64,000 bases of DNA from a bacterium. Lineage in GTDB: Bacteria; CSSED10-310. The position numbers and the translations under genes were made by a program. The DNA lies in assembly GCA_049652745.1 (NCBI GenBank), contig JBASEY010000029.1, positions 66,440 through 130,439 on the forward strand. Reading direction: 5' to 3'. Shown piece by piece: positions 18,420 to 27,613 of this stretch. The notes beneath the pieces were generated by a model that saw only the letters and a list, made by a program, of their open reading frames with translations, did no database searches and had not been told where the DNA came from. Within the stretch, counting starts at the first letter, position 1; each line of letters starts with the position of its first letter.

Positions 18420-20189
18420 CTACATCTTCATTATACGCTTAAACAGGTGTCGATGATCACTGTTTTTTTTCGACAACGAAGCGTGGTCATGCTTCGGCAT
18501 GTCTGTTACAGGCGCTCGGAAAAATACTTTTACAGGCAAGTGTTTTGTTGTGATGTCATTATCGGTGCTCGAAGACGGCGCAACTAGGAATCTAAGATGA
18601 TAAATCCATCGAGTCCTGCCGTAAATATCCGTTTTTTTATGACCTGTGCCGAGATCGACACGTACACTGTGGGTTTTCTCCGGATCAACGTAAAAGTCTG
18701 TAAACGCTTTTTGTGAGCGGACGGAAGCGTGGGCTGAATAATTATCAGTCGATGTGGAAAAATCCATAAAATCCTGTTTTTCATCCAATTCCAGCATGAT
18801 TTGAGCCGAATGTCCGGATTGAACATAAAAACCATTATCTCTTTTACCGCTAGACTGGCGATCCATAAAATACCAGTGACCTTGTAAACCTGGAAGGGTA
18901 ACATGATATAGGTCTGGATGAAAAATTGGATAGGCGCCGACCAGTGTCCATTCGATGGGGAGCCGGGAATAGAAGCCGGAACGCGTGAACTCACCCGGTT
19001 GATATGAGCTCAACCAAGGATGCACAAGGAATGGCCCACTGAAAAAAGCGGTGATTGCAACAAGGATGACAACGGTTTTTTTACTTGGTAATCGAGGAGC
19101 CGAAAGCAGAAGCAAAGGGTACAAACTCACAAAATAGCGATTTCCCAAAGCGCCGCCGCCACCATGGTAGTTGGAGGGGATTTGGATAATCAGGAAAAGG
19201 GCAAATAACGAGATAGTCGATATCAACCATTTCCCTTTTGAGTTTGACGGAGATAAAATGGCCAGCAAAGCCAATGCGATTCCAGGGAAAAAATACCATA
19301 AAATTCCTGAAAAGCGGCCAATGAAAAAATAAAGACAATTCCAAAGGAATGTTGTGGTGTCAAAATAAAACTTTGCATCGCTCATTGACCAACTGTCAGC
19401 CCGATCGAAAAGATTTTCTTGGGCATCGAGTGGAAACCGGTCTGTGAAAATTCGGCGATTGCCTTCATAAGGATTTAGATGGCCTAAGCAGCCGTGTGTC
19501 AACGCTGCAATGATGACAACTGTCAGCAGCAGAACGAAAAAAGGCTTGAAAACCCGCTTTTTGATTAATTCCACTGCTGCAGGTATTGCCAGAAGAAGCA
19601 GTGGAGGCTTGATTGTCAAGGCAAGACCCAAGCACACGACACAGAAATACGAAAAAAGTGATGTGGGTTGATAATCTTTCCTCAACCAATTCCAAAAAAA
19701 CACTGTAAGGAGAAACGACAGTAAGGTTTCCGGATGGCACCATAGAACATAGGGGAAGAAAGCTGAAAAAATCATGAATGCCAACCCGGCTAAGGCTGCT
19801 CCCGGTGTTGAATTCCAGTGTTTTGCAACAAGGTATATGATGATCCACATTAAAATCAGATTGAAAAGTACTATGCCTTTTACTCCGAAAAGAATGTAAA
19901 AAGTTACTACAGCAATAGGATAGGTGAGTAATTTAGCAAAGACGATTTTCTCGGAGGGTAATTGCTTTAGAATAACACCCACCGGACCGGCGGGGTATAT
20001 TTCACAGACTCGTTGCAAATCCTGGCGTGTCCAAGCAAGATCCCGATCATGTGCAAGGCTCTGTATCATGCAAAAGTATACAGCTTCGTCCGCAAAAAAT
20101 CCCGGAACCATCATTTCTTTTGGTGTTGAAAGAAGCAGGGCAAACGGAGCCAAAAAAGACAGTAAAAGAATTGAACGAAAGGTGGTCAT
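18420..20189 (-). CDS. Polytopic membrane protein, GT-C fold glycosyltransferase (PMT/ArnT-like) with a C-terminal soluble domain
   Basis: At least 10 predicted TM helices. The first periplasmic loop carries FADEAVYF, consistent with the GT-C DE/DD motif. The ATG at 20189 overlaps the alr stop as ATGA. Confidence 0.55.
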   Translation of the reverse strand: MTTFRSILLLSFLAPFALLLSTPKEMMVPGFFADEAVYFCMIQSLAHDRDLAWTRQDLQRVCEIYPAGPVGVILKQLPSEKIVFAKLLTYPIAVVTFYILFGVKGIVLFNLILMWIIIYLVAKHWNSTPGAALAGLAFMIFSAFFPYVLWCHPETLLSFLLTVFFWNWLRKDYQPTSLFSYFCVVCLGLALTIKPPLLLLAIPAAVELIKKRVFKPFFVLLLTVVIIAALTHGCLGHLNPYEGNRRIFTDRFPLDAQENLFDRADSWSMSDAKFYFDTTTFLWNCLYFFIGRFSGILWYFFPGIALALLAILSPSNSKGKWLISTISLFALFLIIQIPSNYHGGGGALGNRYFVSLYPLLLLSAPRLPSKKTVVILVAITAFFSGPFLVHPWLSSYQPGEFTRSGFYSRLPIEWTLVGAYPIFHPDLYHVTLPGLQGHWYFMDRQSSGKRDNGFYVQSGHSAQIMLELDEKQDFMDFSTSTDNYSAHASVRSQKAFTDFYVDPEKTHSVRVDLGTGHKKTDIYGRTRWIYHLRFLVAPSSSTDNDITTKHLPVKVFFRAPVTDMPKHDHASLSKKNSDHRHLFKRIMKM

Positions 20190-21310
20190 TTGTCGTCGAA
20201 AACATCGATGTAGATTCTGGGAACACGTCTTGCGAGCCAAGTTGTAATTTCATACGGGATAGTACCGGCCCTATCGGCTATTTCTTCAACCGAAATAGTG
20301 GCATTTCCCTGTCGGCCGTACAAAACCACCTCATCTCCGGTTTTAATACTTTCATCGCCATTTATATCGACCATTATCTGATCCATACAGATATTGCCGA
20401 TAACAGGAAAACGTTTTCCATGAATCAGTACTTCTACATTGTTCGATAACCGTCGGGTGTATCCATCGCCATAGCCGACAGGAATGGTGGCGACACGAGT
20501 TGTCCTATCGGTCACAAATGTTCCACCGTAACTGACCGGCTCACCGGCAGGAATAGTTTTCAAAAACACCACCCTGGACTTAAAACTCAAAACAGGTTTC
20601 AAATTCATGGTCCTAGGGCTGTTAAGACTGGGGTACAATCCGTACATGGCAAGGCCGGCACGGACCATATTACAGTATGTTTGATTATGGTAATAGATTG
20701 CTCCTGAACAGGCGATATGACGGTATTGAGGTCTGATTTTCCATTTTTCCGCGGCTTCCAAAACGCGGCAAAAGCGGTTGAATTGAATGTCGGTGTATGG
20801 GGTGTCGGGTTCGTCAGAATTCGCGAAATGAGAGTAAATACCGACGATTTGTAAGTTGTTCAAAGGAATAAGTCGTTTAAAAATTTCGTTCGCTTTGTCA
20901 TAGTGCATCCCGATTCGATTGAAACCGGTATCGAACTTCAAGTGAACACGAGCGGTTTTATTCAACATCTGAGCTTCTCGATTCACCGCATAAGCCAGGC
21001 CGAGTGAGGAAATGGTGATATCGAGATTATTGTGAATAAACTCATGCACCTGATGAAAGAAAACGCCTCCCAAAACCAAGATGGGAATTTTGAAACCTCT
21101 GCGGCGCAACAGTAAACCTTCTTCAAGAAAACCGACACCAAGATAGGCGACATTGGAATCGACAGCCGCTTTAGCTGTGCGAATAATCCCATGTCCGTAG
21201 GCATTGGCTTTCACGATGGCTATCATTTTCGCCTCGCCTATTTTGTTTTGTATCTCGTTTAAATTGTGATGAATAGCAGTCAGATTGATTTCAGCCCACG
21301 TCAGACGCAT
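20186..21310 (-). CDS. alr: Alanine racemase
   Basis: PLP motif MIAIVKANAYGHG. 374 aa. The Shine-Dalgarno is GGGAGG. Confidence 0.93.
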   Translation of the reverse strand: MRLTWAEINLTAIHHNLNEIQNKIGEAKMIAIVKANAYGHGIIRTAKAAVDSNVAYLGVGFLEEGLLLRRRGFKIPILVLGGVFFHQVHEFIHNNLDITISSLGLAYAVNREAQMLNKTARVHLKFDTGFNRIGMHYDKANEIFKRLIPLNNLQIVGIYSHFANSDEPDTPYTDIQFNRFCRVLEAAEKWKIRPQYRHIACSGAIYYHNQTYCNMVRAGLAMYGLYPSLNSPRTMNLKPVLSFKSRVVFLKTIPAGEPVSYGGTFVTDRTTRVATIPVGYGDGYTRRLSNNVEVLIHGKRFPVIGNICMDQIMVDINGDESIKTGDEVVLYGRQGNATISVEEIADRAGTIPYEITTWLARRVPRIYIDVFDDK

Positions 21311-21555
21311 ATTGCCTCCCTGAAGACATTTTCAGAATAACAGGCTGAGGACAAGATGAAAAGGGAGACTTTTTTTAAGAAGACCATGGGAGCACGTTTC
21401 ATTTTGGTGAACGTTGTTAATTAATGAACGCCCTGGGTGGTTTTAAAAAAAGAAACACAATGATACAAATCTTGCAGAATATTCTTCACAAATGGAAAAA
21501 ATAGTGTATAATGGCGGTATTAGAGGTTAAGATCCTCTTAGTTTGTGGTTATTCT

Positions 21556-21620
21556 GACGAAAGCCAGCGGGTTTGTCCCTCCTTCACCACCCCTGCCTGC
21601 TGGTTTTCGTCATGTTTTTA
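21556..21620 (+). other. Conserved-looking 13-bp stem with a 30-nt C-rich loop, followed by a T-run; orphan hairpin
   Basis: Stem GACGAAAGCCAGC (21556-21568) pairs with GCTGGTTTTCGTC (21599-21611). The loop is gggtttgtccctccttcaccacccctgcct. ATGTTTTTA follows. It lies immediately 3' of the lipoprotein stop (minus strand) and 300 nt upstream of alr. Confidence 0.35.
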
Positions 21621-22556
21621 CTGGGTAATCATAAGAGGAATATCGCTTGCCGGTTTTCCTTTGTATCCTTCTGGTACTTGTTGGCCCATGTGGGTTATTC
21701 CATTTTCATCGACCCAAATCATGCTTTGCCGACTTTCCAGTGATTCATCCGGCAATTTCTCTGAAGGCTCGTCTACAGGTTTATCCGATATGGGCTCTTT
21801 AGGGACTGTTTTTGTCAGAATTTCGACACCTTCCGGTGGATTGTAGCCCATGTGAATATTGCCATTTGCATCCCGCCATGTCTGCAATGGCGGCGATGTC
21901 GGTGTTGGAGTAGGCAGTGGCGCTTCCTGCTCTTCGATGTCTTCTATTTCTTCAGGCGGCTTCGGCATTTCTTGAATTATTCGAGCAAACCATCGGTAGT
22001 CCATGTTTTCCATGGTTATCATGGAGTCAAAGTCATCAGTAGATTGGGGATATTCAATCAAGATATTTTTGATAATCGAATTTAATTGATCAGTAAGACT
22101 TCTCTTTTTAGCCGCAAATTGGTCGGCGGATTCCGGTATGGTTGAAATGAGTTCGATATAAGACCCTAAAAGCTGATTCGCCACTTTCAAGTTGTCGAAA
22201 ATGCGGGTGTCTTTATCAGAAATACTTTCCAATCTGTTTTCTTCGAGTTCCATATTGTTTACAAGTTCTTTCAACCGGTCTATCAATCCATTGGGGGTAT
22301 TGAAATGATTGATTGCGGATTCCACAGCAAGGGATGACACTTCGGATTTAGCCTCGTTGTAAATTTCTGAGACAGAATCAGACACTTGTGAGCAGATTTT
22401 TTCAATAAACCTGATATTCAAAAACCACTTTTCCATGTCTAAACGCGTCTGAAGGCGCATCTGTGTGTCAATGGTTGATTCTTCCGGCGCTTCATCTGAT
22501 GAACACCCGAAAAGTAATAAGAAGCCTATTAACAAAATCCATATGTTTCTATTCAT
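21618..22556 (-). CDS. Lipoprotein with two C-terminal DUF4124-like repeats
   Basis: Lipobox LLLFGCSS. The Shine-Dalgarno is AGGAGG. The repeats WRDANGNIHMGYNPPEGVE and WVDENGITHMGQQVPEGYKG match the DUF4124 pattern. Confidence 0.55.
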   Translation of the reverse strand: MNRNIWILLIGFLLLFGCSSDEAPEESTIDTQMRLQTRLDMEKWFLNIRFIEKICSQVSDSVSEIYNEAKSEVSSLAVESAINHFNTPNGLIDRLKELVNNMELEENRLESISDKDTRIFDNLKVANQLLGSYIELISTIPESADQFAAKKRSLTDQLNSIIKNILIEYPQSTDDFDSMITMENMDYRWFARIIQEMPKPPEEIEDIEEQEAPLPTPTPTSPPLQTWRDANGNIHMGYNPPEGVEILTKTVPKEPISDKPVDEPSEKLPDESLESRQSMIWVDENGITHMGQQVPEGYKGKPASDIPLMITQ

Positions 22557-22712
22557 AACATGACCTCCTGCTATTCAACACTGTAAAACGGCTTTCAACT
22601 CCCAGCCAAATCCATTATACCATATGATAGTGAAAGATTAAGTATAACGGTCTTTCAAACAAAGGTGATTTGAACAATATCATAAATCGGGGAACGATAA
22701 ATAGGTGAAAGT

Positions 22713-23495
22713 ATGTATATTGGAATTATGAATAACCCGCAGAAGCCTCTTGAGGACGAAATTCAATACCTGATCGATCACGAGTTTGATTTTCTTGATT
22801 ATTCCATGGAGCCTCCACAAGGTTTGATCAGCTCCTCAAAAGCTGCGCAGTTGCGTCGGCGTCTTAGCGACTATGGTAAATTTTCGATAGGGCATACTGC
22901 TTACTATCTTCCAATAGATACCCCTTTTCAACCTCTACGCAACGCGGTGACGAATCTTTTATGCGATCAGTTTGATATATTTTCTGAGTTTGGCTCAACA
23001 AAAGTCGCCATTCATTTGGGTTTTTCTTATCCTCACCGATTCTTTACCTATGCCGAAAAATATGGCCTTTGGGCTGAAGTTCTGGCGTTGCTTGTCCCCG
23101 AAGCGGAAAAAAGAGGCTTGACGCTGATATTGGAAAACGTGCTGAATAGCAAAGAAAGCTTGAAACTTCTAAAGGATTTGACGAAAAACTTCGACAAGCT
23201 CGGTCTTCTTCTGGATGTCGGCCATGCCAATTTGAATATGCCGGTAAACACAGTCCACAACCATATAAAATTACTAGGGCACCGGTTGCAACATGTTCAT
23301 CTTTCAGATAACTTCGCGAAAAGCGACGACTTACATCTCCCGCTTGGGGCAGGAGGAATACCCTGGGGGCATGTGCTGAAATTGATAAAACAATCTGGCT
23401 ATAACGCCACATTTACGTTGGAAATATTTTCAAAAGAACGGGATTATCTCTTAAAAAGTCGGGAATTTTTGCGAGCTCAATGGGCTATGATTTGA
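22713..23495 (+). CDS. Sugar phosphate isomerase/epimerase (xylose isomerase-like TIM barrel)
   Basis: 260 aa with TIM-barrel metal-ligand motifs (ILENV, LLDVGHANL, VHLSDN). Confidence 0.7.
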   Translation: MYIGIMNNPQKPLEDEIQYLIDHEFDFLDYSMEPPQGLISSSKAAQLRRRLSDYGKFSIGHTAYYLPIDTPFQPLRNAVTNLLCDQFDIFSEFGSTKVAIHLGFSYPHRFFTYAEKYGLWAEVLALLVPEAEKRGLTLILENVLNSKESLKLLKDLTKNFDKLGLLLDVGHANLNMPVNTVHNHIKLLGHRLQHVHLSDNFAKSDDLHLPLGAGGIPWGHVLKLIKQSGYNATFTLEIFSKERDYLLKSREFLRAQWAMI

Positions 23496-23511
23496 TTGGC
23501 AGGAGATTGAA

Positions 23512-23955
23512 ATGATGGCGAATAAACAGGAAATCGGTAAGGATTCAACAAGACAGCGTTATAAAAAGACGACATCATGTGTTATGGCTGGGTTATTGAT
23601 AGGTTTTTTAGCGGCAGCGGTTGTATATTCAAATCTTCCGGGTTGGGTTCCCGGTTTTTTATCACAGAAGCCTGGCGTGTTTTTCAGCCTTTTTATGGTA
23701 ATTTGTGCAGCGCTTGGATACTTTTGGGCGATCACGCCGGATCAAGCGGAAACTAAAAAGCGTCCACCGTTATTCAATGTTATGCTTTCGGGAGCCTTTA
23801 TCGGATTCCTGGCGACAGCAGTTTTCTACTCCAAATACCAACCCACTTGGCTGCCTTTCTTTTTCTCAGCGTATCCAGTGTTTGTATTTATCGGAACCAC
23901 TCTGATCGGAGCATTCATCGGTTTTTTATGGCACCGAACGACGGCTTCGAATTAA
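23512..23955 (+). CDS. Small polytopic membrane protein with internal duplication, hypothetical
   Basis: 147 aa. A repeated unit (LIGFLAAAVVYSNLPGWVPGF and FIGFLATAVFYSKYQPTWLPFF) is visible. The Shine-Dalgarno is AGGAGA. Confidence 0.5.
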   Translation: MMANKQEIGKDSTRQRYKKTTSCVMAGLLIGFLAAAVVYSNLPGWVPGFLSQKPGVFFSLFMVICAALGYFWAITPDQAETKKRPPLFNVMLSGAFIGFLATAVFYSKYQPTWLPFFFSAYPVFVFIGTTLIGAFIGFLWHRTTASN

Positions 23956-24603
23956 TTACTTGGCCGGAATTTTTTTTGCGTCGGCCAGAAAGATTTCCAT
24001 CCCTTTGTCTGTTAACGGGTGCTTGATCATTTTTTCAAAGACAGATGCCGGAACCGTTGCGATATGCGCGCCTAGGCGAGCCGCTTCCAAAATGTGCAAT
24101 GGATGCCGTACAGAAGCCACGATTACCTGTGTGTCCATATTGTAGTTGTCATAAATAGTTAAAATATCTTCTACCAGATCCATTCCGTCGTGTGAAACAT
24201 CATCGAGGCGACCAACGAAGGGACTGACATAATCGACACCCAGTTTACCACAAACCAAGGCCTGCAATGGCGAAAAAACCAAAGTCATATTGACTGAAAC
24301 ACCCATTTTTACCAGGTGGTTGGCAGCGATGACACCGTCAGAGGTCATGGGTATTTTAATAACGATATTCGGATGAATTTTTGCCAATTTTTGAGCTTCA
24401 GCGATCATCTTGTCAGCTTCAGAAGAAATGACCTCTGCCGAAATCGGACCATCGATAATTCCACAAATTTCTTCAAGCACATCCTGGTATTTACGGCCGG
24501 TTTTAGCCACAAGGCTGGGATTCGTCGTTATTCCATCAACCAAACCGGTTTTTGCAGCATTTCGGATTTCTTCTGTATGCGCTGTATCTAGAAAAAATTT
24601 CAT
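23956..24603 (-). CDS. fsa: Fructose-6-phosphate aldolase / transaldolase (FSA/TalC subfamily)
   Basis: The N-terminus [31 protein letters not shown] is the canonical start of the approximately 215-aa transaldolase-like family. The start is ATG at 24603, after GGAGAC. Confidence 0.9.
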   Translation of the reverse strand: MKFFLDTAHTEEIRNAAKTGLVDGITTNPSLVAKTGRKYQDVLEEICGIIDGPISAEVISSEADKMIAEAQKLAKIHPNIVIKIPMTSDGVIAANHLVKMGVSVNMTLVFSPLQALVCGKLGVDYVSPFVGRLDDVSHDGMDLVEDILTIYDNYNMDTQVIVASVRHPLHILEAARLGAHIATVPASVFEKMIKHPLTDKGMEIFLADAKKIPAK

Positions 24604-24772
24604 CAGACTGTCTCCTTTCAAGAAAATCTATCGGTTCCAAGGCTCCAGATTTTCCAATGAAGTATAGGAAAGTAGAAGAGATAAGTCTAAACATTTTCTT
24701 TGTTTCATATTCAAGGTCAGTGTGACACACTATAAAAGACTTTTTGAATGAGCAAGGTTCGGGAGAAAAACA

Positions 24773-26098
24773 ATGCAGGGAAATAAGATTGTGAGGGATG
24801 CCGTTCACGGTGATATTCCCTTGACCAATTTGGAAATCAAGCTTTTAGACACAACAGCGATGCAACGATTGCGTGGTATACGGCAAACAGGAACATCTTA
24901 CTTGGTCTATCCAACCGCTCAACATACCCGCTTTGAACATGCCATCGGAACCTGCTTTATGGCTAAAACTATTCTAGAGCATTTGAAGCTCAATAATGGC
25001 ATCGCCGTATCCAAAGAAGATCAAACGGTAATACCGATTGCAGCGCTGTTGCACGATATCACTCATGTTCCTTTTGGGCATACTTTGGAAGACGAAAGAA
25101 GGATTTTTCCTCGACATGATTCTGATCCCAAACGGCTACAGCATTTTCTAGTGGCAGGCGAGATTGGGGAAATTCTGTCAAAAGAGAAAATATTGGATCA
25201 GGTTTTAGACCTTCTTAAAGAGAAATCCTCAGGTAAACAAGGCTTGATCTGGCAATCTCAGGTTATATCACATGCTATTTGCGCTGATCTTCTGGATTAT
25301 TTACGCAGAGACAGTATGTTTTGTGGTCTGAATATCGACTATGACAACCGAATTTTTCGATATTTCATACTGGAAAATGAAAAGCTGGTATTGAACCTAC
25401 AGAAAAAAGGACTGTTTAGACACGATGCCTTTTCTGAGGTCATCCACCTTTTGCGTATTCGTTATTTTTTAACCGAACGAGTTTACTATCACCATGCCAA
25501 AATTGCAGCCGGGGCCATGGTGTCTCGAGCAGTGGAAAGAGCGGTGGAATTGGGTTTCGATCCCATTGAATTGTTTTCGCTGGCAGATGATGCATTGCTG
25601 TATGTTCTGAATGATCGATTCGGAAAAGACAAAATCGTTCATGCATTGATTTCCAATTACAACAAACGGTCATTGTATAAGCGATGCTATGTGCTGACGG
25701 AGCATCACATCACGGCGGCAAAACGACAAAGCCTGTCGAAAGCGTATCATCTCAACGCGTACAACCAGCGAAGCAAAATGGAAAAATTAATTGCTCGCGA
25801 AGCGGGCATACCGGCGGAAGCCGTCATCTTGTATGCGCCTCCACCCAAAATGAACTTGAAAGAGGCGGATGTGCTGGTCAAAGTAGATGAAAAACGTGCG
25901 CGTCCTTTGGGAGATTGGCATAATCAAGAAGTATCCTCGCTGCAAGAAAAATATGGAAAACTCTGGAAGTTTTATGTCTTTGTAAACCCGGATTATATAC
26001 AGCGTTTTACTGTCGTTTCAGATGTTTGTACCAAGATGTTTGACCAGGAAAACGAACTGCCGATGATTCAAAAAGGGCAACTGTCTCTATTTGCCTAA
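24773..26098 (+). CDS. HD-domain phosphohydrolase, dGTPase/SAMHD1-like dNTP triphosphohydrolase family
   Basis: 441 aa. The HD motif has HTRFEHAIGT followed by LLHDITHVPFGH. The overall size and arrangement match Dgt-like enzymes. Confidence 0.7.
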   Translation: MQGNKIVRDAVHGDIPLTNLEIKLLDTTAMQRLRGIRQTGTSYLVYPTAQHTRFEHAIGTCFMAKTILEHLKLNNGIAVSKEDQTVIPIAALLHDITHVPFGHTLEDERRIFPRHDSDPKRLQHFLVAGEIGEILSKEKILDQVLDLLKEKSSGKQGLIWQSQVISHAICADLLDYLRRDSMFCGLNIDYDNRIFRYFILENEKLVLNLQKKGLFRHDAFSEVIHLLRIRYFLTERVYYHHAKIAAGAMVSRAVERAVELGFDPIELFSLADDALLYVLNDRFGKDKIVHALISNYNKRSLYKRCYVLTEHHITAAKRQSLSKAYHLNAYNQRSKMEKLIAREAGIPAEAVILYAPPPKMNLKEADVLVKVDEKRARPLGDWHNQEVSSLQEKYGKLWKFYVFVNPDYIQRFTVVSDVCTKMFDQENELPMIQKGQLSLFA

Positions 26099-27613
26099 AA
26101 CGACCTGATCATCGTTGCGAACACGGTTGAATATCGACGCCATTTGTCGGATTTCGCCGATCTTGTTCTGGAGAGCATCAAAGTCTTTTAATTTCCATTT
26201 CCAGTTTCCTTCGGACGTTCCGGGAGTGTTCATTCGAGTGGACGCGTTCAATCCCAGGAGATCTTGAACCGGAATAATTGCCGCATGGCACACAGAGCTC
26301 ATCACCATGCGTAACATTTCTACAACGATATCCCCGATCGGATGCCCCAAAATAGTTTCCATCTGCTTCGCAATGACGGAACGCAGATCGGGTTCAAGAG
26401 AGTCCCACCAGCCTCGAGTGGTATTGTTATCATGAGACCCTGTAAATACGACATCTTGCGGCCGATGGTTGAACAATAAATAAGGATTGGCCGGATTGCC
26501 GTCAAAAGCGAACTGAAGGATTCTCATCCCCGGAAAACCTAAATAATCACGTAGTTCTTCGACTTCAGGAGTTATAATTCCCAAATCTTCGGCAATAAAC
26601 GGCAAGCTTCCAAGAAAATGTTTGATTTCAGTGAAAAATTCAGCTCCTGGGCCGGGTTTCCATTCTCCGATTTCTGCGGTAACCGCATCAGCAGGGATAC
26701 ACCAATATTTTTCAAAACCTCTGAAATGATCGATTCTGATCATATCGACGAGCTTTAACAAAACGCGAAATCTTTCTTTCCACCAGCTATAATCGGTTCG
26801 TTTGTTTTCAGACCAATTATATAATGGATTACCCCATTTTTGGCCTGTCGAGCTGAAATAATCCGGTGGAACTCCTGCCTGAGAGACTGGATGTCTGTCT
26901 TCTTTCAAATCAAATAAAGAGCTGTTTGACCAAACATCCGCCGAGTCCAGAGCTGGAAAAATCGGCATATCTCCGATAATGGCGATATCCAGACCGACAG
27001 CAAAGCTTTTTAGTTCCTGCCATTGAGAAAAGAATATAAATTGAAGAAAAATCTGATATAGAATTTCCTGCTCATTAGATTTTTTGAAAGCAGAGATTTG
27101 TTCTGGGTCTTGCATTTTCAAATGAATTGGCCATTCCAGCCAGGACCGACCATCGAATGAATTCTTGATTGCTTTATAAATGGCGTAATTTTCCAACCAA
27201 TAGTGGTTGTCATGCCGAAAGATTTGGAAAGAATCCGACAGAAAACCTTTTTTATCGATGTAGGTGTTAAAAGATTTTCGAAACAGATGGTTTTTCAGTT
27301 TTTCACAACGTTTGAAATCCACCTGGTCTGATGAGGGGATATCGTTGAGAATATCCTGTTTTGTCAACCAGCCATTCTGATATAGCAGCTCAGGGCTGAT
27401 CAGGAGAGGGTTGGCGGCGAACACTGAATCGGCTGAATACGGGGATTGGCCGTATCCTGGGTTGTTGACAGGCAAAATCTGCCATAGTGAAGCGCCCATT
27501 TCATGCAATATCGTGACAAATTCCAAAGCTGTAGGGCCAATATCCCCTATACCGAATTCACTGGGGAGAGATGTCGGGTGCAGCAGCAAACCAAATTGCC
27601 TGTTAAAAGCCAT
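26087..27613 (-). CDS. malQ: 4-alpha-glucanotransferase (amylomaltase, GH77)
   Basis: FGLLLHPTSLPSEFGIGDIGPTALEFV is the typical GH77 N-terminus. The ATG at 27613 lies inside the last codons of the upstream gene. Confidence 0.88.
   Translation of the reverse strand: MAFNRQFGLLLHPTSLPSEFGIGDIGPTALEFVTILHEMGASLWQILPVNNPGYGQSPYSADSVFAANPLLISPELLYQNGWLTKQDILNDIPSSDQVDFKRCEKLKNHLFRKSFNTYIDKKGFLSDSFQIFRHDNHYWLENYAIYKAIKNSFDGRSWLEWPIHLKMQDPEQISAFKKSNEQEILYQIFLQFIFFSQWQELKSFAVGLDIAIIGDMPIFPALDSADVWSNSSLFDLKEDRHPVSQAGVPPDYFSSTGQKWGNPLYNWSENKRTDYSWWKERFRVLLKLVDMIRIDHFRGFEKYWCIPADAVTAEIGEWKPGPGAEFFTEIKHFLGSLPFIAEDLGIITPEVEELRDYLGFPGMRILQFAFDGNPANPYLLFNHRPQDVVFTGSHDNNTTRGWWDSLEPDLRSVIAKQMETILGHPIGDIVVEMLRMVMSSVCHAAIIPVQDLLGLNASTRMNTPGTSEGNWKWKLKDFDALQNKIGEIRQMASIFNRVRNDDQVVLGK

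Noticed and set aside
18584-20449. Several 100-140-aa ORFs in alternative frames within the GT-C and alr genes
   Set aside because: They overlap the continuous 589-aa membrane-protein frame and the alr frame, which carry recognisable motifs.
21511-21846. 111-aa plus-strand ORF spanning the hairpin and the 3' end of the lipoprotein gene
   Set aside because: It has no Shine-Dalgarno and its composition is Cys/Trp/Phe-rich nonsense. It overlaps a gene that has a lipobox and conserved repeats.
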